DNA of 64,000 nucleotides, taken from Monocercomonoides exilis PA203 (taxonomy: Eukaryota; Protista; Preaxostyla). Below, piece after piece: positions 1 through 8,445 of the stretch. How positions within the stretch are numbered: position 1 is the first letter of the stretch; the number at the start of each line of letters is the position of its first letter. The notes beneath the pieces are model-generated. The model ran no database searches. It worked only from the letters and a program-made list of their open reading frames with translations, and had not been told where the DNA came from. A program made the translations under genes and the position numbers. The stretch covers positions 1 to 64,000 of the forward strand of contig LSRY02000012.1 of assembly GCA_001643675.2 (NCBI GenBank), read 5' to 3'.

Positions 1-3000
1 CCCTAACCCTACCTCTAACCCTAACCCTAACCCTAACCCTAACCCTAACCCTAACCCTAACCCTAACCCTAACCTAACCCTAACCCTCTAACCCTAACCC
101 CTAACCCTAACCCTAACCCTAACCCTAACCCTAACCCTAACTCTAGTTTTTGAACCCTAACCCTAACCCTAACCCTAACCCTAACCCTAACCCTAACCCC
201 AACCTCAACCCTAACCCTAACCCTAACCCTAACCCTAACCCTAACCCTAACCTAACCCTAACCCTAACCCTAACCCTAACCCTAACCCTAACCCTAACCC
301 TAACCTAACCCCTACTTAACCCTAACCTAACCCCTAACCCTAACCCTAACCTAACCCTAACCCTAACCCTAACCCTAACCCTAACCCTAACCCTTAACCC
401 TAACCCTAACCCTAACCTAGTTTGAACTCCTAACCCTAACCCTAACCCTAACCTAACCCCTAACCCTAACCCCAACCCTAACCCTAACCCTAACCCTAAC
501 CTAACCCTAACCCTAACCCTAACCCTAACCCTAACCCTAACCCTAACCCTAACCCTAACCCTAACCCTAACCCTAACCCCTAACCCTAACCCTAACCCTA
601 ACCCTAACCCTAACCCTAGTTTAACCCTAACCCTAACCCTAACCCTAACCCTAACCCTAACCCTAACCCTAACCCTAACCCTAACCCTAACCCTAACCCT
701 AACCCTAACCCTAACCCTAACTCTAACCCTAACCCCCTAACCCTAACCCTAACCCTAACCCTAACCCTAACCCTAACCCTAACCCTAACCCTAACCCTAA
801 CCCTAACCCTAACCCTAACCCTAACCCTAACCCTAACCCTAACCCTAACCCTAACCCTAACCCTAACCCTAACCCTAACCCTAACCCTAACCCTAACCCT
901 AACCCTAACCCTAACCTAACCCTAACCCTAACCCTAACCCTAACCCTAACCCTAACCCTAACCCTAACCCTAACCCTAACCCTAACCCTAACCCTAACCC
1001 TAACCCTAACCCTAACCCTAACCCTAACCCTAACCCCTAACCCTAACCCTAACCCTAACCTAACCCTAACCCTAACCCTAACCCTAACCCTAACCCTAAC
1101 CCTAACCCTAACCCTAACCCTAACCCTAACCCTAACCCTAACCCTAACCCTAACCCTAACCCTAACCCTAACCCTAACCCTAACCCTAACCCTAACCCTA
1201 ACCCTAACCCTAACCCTAACCCTAACCCTAACCCTAACCCTAACCCTAACCCTAACCCTAACCCTAACCTAACCCTAACCCTAACCCTAACCCTAACCCT
1301 AACCCTAACCCTAACCCTAACCCTAACCCTAACCCTAACCCTAACCCTAACCCTAACCCTAACCCTAACCCTAACCCTAACCCTAACCCTAACCCTAACC
1401 CTAACCCTAACCCTAACCCTAACCCTAACCCTAACCCTAACCCTAACCCTAACCCTAACCCTAACCCTAACCCTAACCCTAACCCTAACCCTAACCCTAA
1501 CCCTAACCCTAACCCTAACCCTAACCCTAACCCTAACCCTAACCCTAACCCTAACCCTAACCCTAACCCTAACCTAACCTAACCCTAACCCTAACCCTAA
1601 CCCTAACCCTAACCCTAACCCTAACCCTAACCCTAACCCTAACCCTAACCCTAACCCTAACCCTAACCCTAACCCTAACCCTAACCCTAACCCTAACCCT
1701 AACCCTAACCCTAACCCTAACCCTAACCTAACCCTAACCCTAACCCTAACCCTAACCCTAACCCTAACCCTAACCCTAACCCTAACCCTAACCCTAACCC
1801 TAACCCTAACCCTAACCCTAACCCTAACCCTAACCCTAACCCTAACCCTAACCCTAACCCTAACCCTAACCCTAACCCTAACCCTAACCCTAACCCTAAC
1901 CCTAACCCTAACCCTAACCCTAACCCTAACCCTAACCCTAACCCTAACCCTAACCCTAACCCTAACCCTAACCCTAACCCTAACCCTAACCCTAACCCTA
2001 ACCCTAACCCTAACCCTAACCCTAACCCTAACCCTAACCCTAACCCTAACCCTAACCCTAACCCTAACCCTAACCCTAACCCTAACCCTAACCCTAACCT
2101 AACCCTAACCCTAACCCTAACCCTAACCCTAACCCTAACCCTAACCCTAACCCTAACCCTAACCCTAACCCTAACCTAACCCTAACCCTAACCCTAACCC
2201 TAACCCTAACCCTAACCCTAACCCTAACCCTAACCCTAACCCTAACCCTAACCCTAACCCTAACCCTAACCCTAACCCTAACCCTAACCCTAACCCTAAC
2301 CCTAACCCTAACCCTAACCTAACCCTAACCCTAACCCTAACCCTAACCCTAACCCTAACCCTAACCCTAACCCTAACCCTAACCCTAACCCTAACCCTAA
2401 CCCTAACCCTAACCCTAACCTAACCCTAACCCTAACCCTAACCCTAACCCTAACCCTAACCCTAACCCCTAACCCTAACCCTAACCCTAACCCTAACCCT
2501 AACCCTAACCCTAACCCTAACCCTAACCCTAACCCTAACCCTAACCCTAACCCTAACCCTAACCCTAACCCTAACCCTAACCCTAACCCTAACCCTAACC
2601 CTAACCCTAACCCTAACCCTAACCCTAACCCTAACCCTAACCCTAACCCTAACCCTAACCCTAACCCTAACCCTAACCCTAACCCTAACCCTAACCCTAA
2701 CCCTAACCCTAACCCTAACCCTAACCCTAACCCTAACCCTAACCCTAACCCTAACCCTAACCCTAACCCTAACCCTAACCCTAACCCTAACCCTAACCCT
2801 AACCCTAACCCTAACCCTAACCCTAACCCTAACCCTAACCCTAACCCTAACCCTAACCCTAACCCTAACCCTAACCCTAACCCTAACCCTAACCCTAACC
2901 CTAACCCTAACCCTAACCCTAACCCTAACCCTAACCCTAACCCTAACCCTAACCCTAACCCTAACCCTAACCCTAACCCTAACCCTAACCCTAACCCTAA

Positions 3001-3566
3001 CCCTAACCCTAACCCTAACCCTAACCCTAACCCTAACCCTAACCCTAACCCTAACCCTAACCCTAACCCTAACCCTAACCCTAACCCTAACCTAACCCTA
3101 ACCCTAACCCTAACCCTAACCCTAACCTAACCCTAACCCTAACCCTAACCCTAACCCTAACCCTAACCCTAACCCTAACCCTAACCCTAACCCTAACCCT
3201 AACCCTAACCCTAACCCTAACCCTAACCCTAACCCTAACCCTAACCCTAACCCTAACCCTAACCCTAACCCCTAACCCTAACCCTACCCTAACCCTAACC
3301 CTAACCCTAACCCTAACCCTAACCCTAACCCTAACCCTAACCCTAACCCTAACCCTAACCCTAACCTAACCCTAACCCTAACCCTAACCCTAACCCTAAC
3401 CCTAACCCTAACCCTAACCCTAACCCTAACCTAACCTAACCTAACCCTAACCCTAACCCTAACCCTAACCCTAACCCTAACCCTAACCCTAACCCTAACC
3501 CTAACCTAACCCTAACCTAACCTAACCCTAACCCTAACCCTAACCTAACCCTAACCCTAACCTAAC
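1..3566 (+). repeat. Telomere, (CCCTAA)n / (TTAGGG)n terminal array
   Basis: Near-continuous CCCTAA repeats from base 1 to ...cctaac|atct at 3566. C-rich strand on + as expected for a left chromosome end. Scattered CCTAA/CCCCTAA variants and three CTAGTTT interruptions. Confidence 0.99.
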
Positions 3567-3644
3567 ATCTCTTCTTGAATGTTTAATTCGAAATCGGAAT
3601 TTGTTTTTGTCCCACACAAGAATAGTCCTAAAACTTTTAACAGG

Positions 3645-4012
3645 ACTATGCCAAAATTTTCATCGGTTCTTCCAAAGGGTTTGTCATGTTTTATTTTTTA
3701 TTTTCATTCAAATTAATCATATTCTTTCTATTTTCAAACAATACTATGCCGGATTTTTCTCATTTTTTGTCTGTTTTTTTATTGATTTTTTAACTCTTTG
3801 GAATGACTATGCTGAATTTTTGATATTTTTTGGTTGTTATTTTCTCATTTTTATTCTCTCCTTGGGATGACTATGCTCAAATTTTCATTTTTTTCGGTTC
3901 TTTTTTCTGTCAATTTGTTCCCTCCTTGGGAAAACTCTGCTGAATTTTTGATTTTTTTGGGTTGATTTTCTGGTGATTTTTCAGAGGAGAACAAGACTAT
4001 GCCGGAATTTTC
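3645..4012 (+). repeat. Degenerate ~63-bp tandem array carrying an ACT(A/C)TGC(C/T) motif followed by a T-tract
   Basis: Motif starts at 3645, 3743, 3806, 3870, 3934 and 3996 (spacings 98, 63, 64, 64, 62). The last copy supplies the ATG at 3999. Confidence 0.8.
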
Positions 4013-6665
4013 CGAAACAGGTCTCCCTCCTTCTGCTTCAGTTTCTTCTTCTTGGCGTCCTTCAGCTTCTGCTTCTGCTTCTTCAACTTCGACTTCGACT
4101 GTCTTAAGTGAATCTTCATCTTCGCCATCATTGCCATCATCATCATCTTCATCTTCGACAAAAGTGGAAAATCTTTGGTTCAGCCCTCCAAAGAAAAGTC
4201 TGTGGAAGAAAATTTCTGAAATGGAGGAAAAGAATTTTGAAGGAGTGGAAGAGAGGAAGGAGATGGAAATAGTGGATAAGGATAAGAAGAAAGAAAGGAA
4301 AGGGAGAGGCGGGATGAATGAAAAGAACAAAAAGAAGGGAAAGAAAGGAAAGAAAGGAAGGATATCGGGGTTATTGAAAAGGAAGAAGGAAGTCAAATTG
4401 AGAGAGGTTGTTCTGGTGGATGAGTCTGAAATTGAAGATGAGGAGAAGGATGATTCAGATAATCAAAGGTTCTCTATTCAAACGCTATCTTCTGATTCAT
4501 CAGATTCTTACACTTCTTCTGATTCTTCGGTTGAGCTTGCCTTCAACATACCCACTTTCACTCAACTGAATGGAAATTCAATGGAAAGTCAGAGCAGAGA
4601 AAATGATTTCCTTGGGTTGGACAATCACCCACCCTTGTTGAGATCCATATCTTCAATGTCATCATCAACATCTCCATCTTCTTCTCAAACAGTCACAGCC
4701 GATATGAGTGACTGGGAAATACAGCAATCAATGAAAGAGAAACAGAGTGAATGCAGCCCAAGAAGATGCAGAGCATTGAATTTGATGAGAACAATGACTG
4801 ATGAGGAACTGAACGAGCTGGATGTTGCTGGTCCGATCTATAGTGAAAGTACGTTGAAAAAGCATGAATACGTTGAAGACATTTATATAACTTTCTGCAA
4901 TATGAGAAGAATACCAGCATACCCATTGGATACCAGGAATGCCGCGTCTTTTCTTCGGTTCTTATATCGATCTCGTTGTTATGTTCGTGCTTCTATTGAG
5001 AATGTGTTTGCTTGCTCTCTGAAGCGAATTGAGTCAATGAGGACGGGAGTACCTGTCTCAGCCGAGGTCAGTCAGTCAATTGCAAATGTGCTTCAAGAGG
5101 GGCGTATTGACAAGTCAGTGAAGGATAGTGGAAATGGAAAAGAACCTTGTCTGCTATGTGATGTTGCTCGGATCATCTCAAAAACAAATGACCTTTCACC
5201 TTCCAAAGCCATGGAAGCTTCTCTATGGTTGGTGGCTATCTTCACTGGAGCAAGAGCAGTCACAATGTGGAATGTGCTGGTTGGAGACATTGGTGCACTC
5301 ATTCCTTCTGAGTCGGGTGATACTCTCATCCTCAAAATCAATTTGAGAGTGACAAAGGGCAATCCACACTGGAACCACACAATTTCGCTGGAAGGAACAT
5401 TGGATGAGAGGAATGACTTGAATGTGTTATATTGGTTGAATCAACATCTGATTCAGACTTTCAGTTTGGATCTGAGAGAGATAGAATCTTGGGTTTTGAA
5501 TGAGGATTTGAAATTTCGAAGGTTGTGGGATTTAAACAGAGATGCAATGTCCCAACGTCTTCGTCGTCGTGCTCAGGATGCTGGGTACCCACACGATCTC
5601 TTTTCATTTCACTCATTCAGAAGTGGATTCATGTGCTCCGCCATTCTTGCCTCCGGTGTTGATGCACATTCAAGGGATTCGACATACATCTTCACTGCTG
5701 CTATTGCTGGCTGGATTCCAAATTCGAAGGTTCAAAACAGATATTCAAAACCAGCCATCACTGGGACCATCGTCACCAATAGAATCATAACCTCGAAAAT
5801 CTCCAATGAGGTTGTTGACACTTCTCTCATCAATCCTGAAGCGTTCCATAATATCAGGTTCAACAATGACATTGAGCATAATGTGAGTGAGAGAACTGCA
5901 GTTTTATGGGTTCGGAGAGCATTCAAAGAGAGAATCAATGTTGAGAGAGTGACATCGACGACTGCAAAGAAAACAGAAGAAAAGAGAAAATTGTATAAAC
6001 AGAGAGCTTGGAAGGATGCTGTGTCAAGATATGTGTTGAGTGATGATGACATGGAAAGAGAGGCAAAGGAGATTTACACTCAACATCCCAACTACAAAAA
6101 CATTCATAGTCGAAGTTCAACCATGACTAATGTTCGAGTGGATGTTGGTATTCGTCATCTCAACGAGAGGTACTATGATGAAGGTGAGAAATTGGATGAT
6201 ATTGTGGAAGATTTACTTAGGTTTGTGGAGGATGAGGTGGATGGGACAAAAGAGATGAAACAACACAACAGAAAAAAACCCTGTCCATATGAACATGCTT
6301 TGCACAGGGAAGTCGATGATCATGGTCACAGAAAACGAATACCATGGACGGAAGAGGAAGATCAGAAATTGAGAGAAATGCATTCTGAAAAGAAAAGGTT
6401 AGTTGAGATGGCTGCGGAGTTACCTAATCGAATGCCAAGAGATTGCAGAGACAGACTTAGAAATTTGGGGGTTATTGATAATTGGAAGAATGAAGGCATG
6501 ACGAAGAAAAAGATGAGAAGAAGAAAAACGATCATGAAAGATGATGATGATACTGATGATGATGAAACTGAAGAAATCGATGAAAATGATGGGTTGGAAG
6601 AAAAAATGAAAAAAAGAAATACCAAAGAAAGAAAAATTGAAATCAATTTTGATGATGAAAAATAA
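3999..6665 (+). CDS. Tyrosine recombinase (Cre/DIRS/Crypton-like) with C-terminal Myb/SANT (telobox-like) domain
   Basis: 888-aa intronless ORF. Core-binding-type segment (STLKKHEYVEDIYITFC...ASFLRFL), TGAR (R419), VTKG (K453), FHSFRSG (H538/R541), IAGW (W572), NRY (Y582). C-terminal RKRIPWTEEEDQKL...PNRMPRDCRDRLRNL. The true start may be a downstream Met. Confidence 0.88.
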   Translation: MPEFSETGLPPSASVSSSWRPSASASASSTSTSTVLSESSSSPSLPSSSSSSSTKVENLWFSPPKKSLWKKISEMEEKNFEGVEERKEMEIVDKDKKKERKGRGGMNEKNKKKGKKGKKGRISGLLKRKKEVKLREVVLVDESEIEDEEKDDSDNQRFSIQTLSSDSSDSYTSSDSSVELAFNIPTFTQLNGNSMESQSRENDFLGLDNHPPLLRSISSMSSSTSPSSSQTVTADMSDWEIQQSMKEKQSECSPRRCRALNLMRTMTDEELNELDVAGPIYSESTLKKHEYVEDIYITFCNMRRIPAYPLDTRNAASFLRFLYRSRCYVRASIENVFACSLKRIESMRTGVPVSAEVSQSIANVLQEGRIDKSVKDSGNGKEPCLLCDVARIISKTNDLSPSKAMEASLWLVAIFTGARAVTMWNVLVGDIGALIPSESGDTLILKINLRVTKGNPHWNHTISLEGTLDERNDLNVLYWLNQHLIQTFSLDLREIESWVLNEDLKFRRLWDLNRDAMSQRLRRRAQDAGYPHDLFSFHSFRSGFMCSAILASGVDAHSRDSTYIFTAAIAGWIPNSKVQNRYSKPAITGTIVTNRIITSKISNEVVDTSLINPEAFHNIRFNNDIEHNVSERTAVLWVRRAFKERINVERVTSTTAKKTEEKRKLYKQRAWKDAVSRYVLSDDDMEREAKEIYTQHPNYKNIHSRSSTMTNVRVDVGIRHLNERYYDEGEKLDDIVEDLLRFVEDEVDGTKEMKQHNRKKPCPYEHALHREVDDHGHRKRIPWTEEEDQKLREMHSEKKRLVEMAAELPNRMPRDCRDRLRNLGVIDNWKNEGMTKKKMRRRKTIMKDDDDTDDDETEEIDENDGLEEKMKKRNTKERKIEINFDDEK

Positions 6666-7701
6666 ACTTTTTTATTACCTTTTGATTTGAATTTTTATTG
6701 GTTTTTGATTTTTTCTATATAGTCATTGTTTTCCGAAATATTGTATTTTCATTTGGCTTTGCCAAGTTATACCCAATTAATTTCCTTTTTATTTAATTTT
6801 TATTTTTTTAACTTTTTTTATTTTGAAATATCAAAGGTCAGATGAAATTGATGTTAATCTTTCATCGAACGACCAATATTTTTGATATTTTTCACTCTTG
6901 ATATTATTCGATTTTATTGAGGTTTATTGAATGTTTTTCAATAACACATTGATATTTTTCATAAATTTTCAGATTAAAATAAATAATCCAGATTAATTGA
7001 ATTCTCTTTTTTCATAGAAAATGGTCATTTTCTTGGATTGAAATATCAAATAAAATAACAAAAATCATTCATATTTCTAAATTACATAAAGTGAAGATTT
7101 TCATTGGTTATTCATAATCATGATATTCAACAATGAAAATATCAATTCAGTCATGAAAATATTGTTGGGTTAACAACATTCTCAAATACAACATGTTTAT
7201 TGAATCTCAATCAAATTCATCAATCTCTTTGGGTTAGATGTCATTCATTTTCTCTTCATGTTCAAAGAACAAACATGATCATTTTCAAATGTTCATATGA
7301 CAACGCCAATTCACTCTGCGCAATAAATAACTCACATTCATCTTGTTCTGTTTGATTTTCATTGGTTGCATTCGATTAGCATTTCATGTCAAATAAAACA
7401 CTTTTGAAATAAATCTCAAAATTTGACAGAAATATTCGATGGTTATCTGCAAAACATTAATCGACACATTCTAACCTAGTTTGAATATTCGATGGTTGGT
7501 GTCATTCATAACAACCACAAAACATACACAATAACCTCATAAATATTCTCATTCTCATCTATGAAATACTTTGAAAATATCAAAATGGATATTTGTTGGT
7601 TCAATAAAGAATTTTCTCCTAATGAATTTTTGACATCATGTGGGTTCACAAAATTCCTACATATTCTAACCTGAAAGATTTTTTTGGGGGCAGAGTAGTA
7701 C

Positions 7702-7739
7702 CCCTAACCCTAACCTAACCTAACCCTAACCCTAACCTA
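7702..7739 (+). repeat. Interstitial telomeric tract with CCTAA variants
   Basis: ccctaaccctaacctaacctaaccctaaccctaaccta, followed by g (forming CTAG). Confidence 0.95.
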
Positions 7740-7874
7740 GTGAAAAAATCGAAAAAATGAAAATTTTCAGGTTCGCTTCCAAAATGAAAATATCAACTTG
7801 ATACACCAAAATCAAGTTTTGGATGGTAGTATAGTTGCGCTAAGAGGGAAAACCACAGGTTTTCCCACGGCTGA

Positions 7875-7894
7875 CCTAACCCTAACCTAACCTA
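7875..7894 (+). repeat. Second short interstitial telomeric tract
   Basis: cctaaccctaacctaaccta, 8 bp after a perfect 9-bp hairpin (gggaaaacc-aca-ggttttccc, 7846-7866). Confidence 0.85.
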
Positions 7895-8197
7895 TGGCAT
7901 CTAGAACTTTCCAGCTCTTAAAGGTAATTCCCTATGACCCATGGAATATACAGGGTCCATAGCATAAAATATCATTGAGAAAGGGTTTTTCATAGGAATG
8001 ATATGAGTATTTGCCTTGTAACTTCAGGGCAATCCAACTGAGCCCGATGGGATTACCACCATCGTGTAGAGCGAGTGTGCAGCGAGACCCTCTATGGCAA
8101 CGAGAAGTTTCGCTGACTTGCCCCTGAGGCGCTATGAGTCTGTGAACATGGAGGGTCCACAGTGTATTTTTCATAGAGAAATTTCATTGACAAAATT

Positions 8198-8445
8198 TTC
8201 TAGTATCAAAAACCTCAAAATACACTACGCCGAGGTTTTCGAAGTGTAGTGTAATTTGGTCACTTTTCCTAGGAGCTCAAATTTCTAGTATCAAATTCAT
8301 CCTTATTACACTACACAACGAAAACCTCTGCGTAGTGTAATTTTCCCCTTTTTTTAGTATCAAAGCAGGTTTTTCAGGCATTCCATTTTCATAGTGTATT
8401 TCTAGTATCAAAAGTCACAAAAATCGAGGAAACCTCTGTGTAGTA
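8198..8445. repeat. TAGTATCAAA direct repeats interleaved with TACACTAC-N17-GTAGTGTA palindromic sites
   Basis: (c)tagtatcaaa near 8200, 8285, 8355 and 8402. Palindromic sites at 8221-8253 and 8305-8341; half-site at 8430-8444. Confidence 0.85.

Larger units (their letters stand above)
3567..7702 (+). mobile_element. Putative telomere-inserted tyrosine-recombinase (Crypton-like) DNA element
   Basis: Unique 4.1-kb segment flanked on both sides by same-orientation telomeric repeats (ending at 3566; resuming 7702-7739). Single YR ORF; no RT, gag or TIRs seen. Boundaries inferred. Confidence 0.55.

Noticed and set aside
1-3360. Isolated CCTAA/CCCCTAA variants in the distal and middle telomere
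   Set aside because: Sparse single-base indels in C runs are typical long-read homopolymer errors.
3645-4012. CRISPR-like reading of the regularly spaced motif array
   Set aside because: The conserved part is only ~8 bp, the intervening DNA is degenerate T-rich repeat rather than unique spacers, the context is eukaryotic and no cas genes are present.
3999-6665. DIRS retrotransposon or protelomerase (telomere resolvase) call for the YR
   Set aside because: No RT/RNase H/gag or split/inverted LTRs nearby. The HxxR...W...Y signature is integrase/Cre-like, and the chromosome has ordinary telomerase-type repeats rather than a hairpin end.
8022-8129. tRNA, 5S rRNA or hammerhead ribozyme
   Set aside because: No TTCGA T-loop or A/B boxes, no 5S signature, and no CUGAnGA plus GAAA core in the right arrangement.
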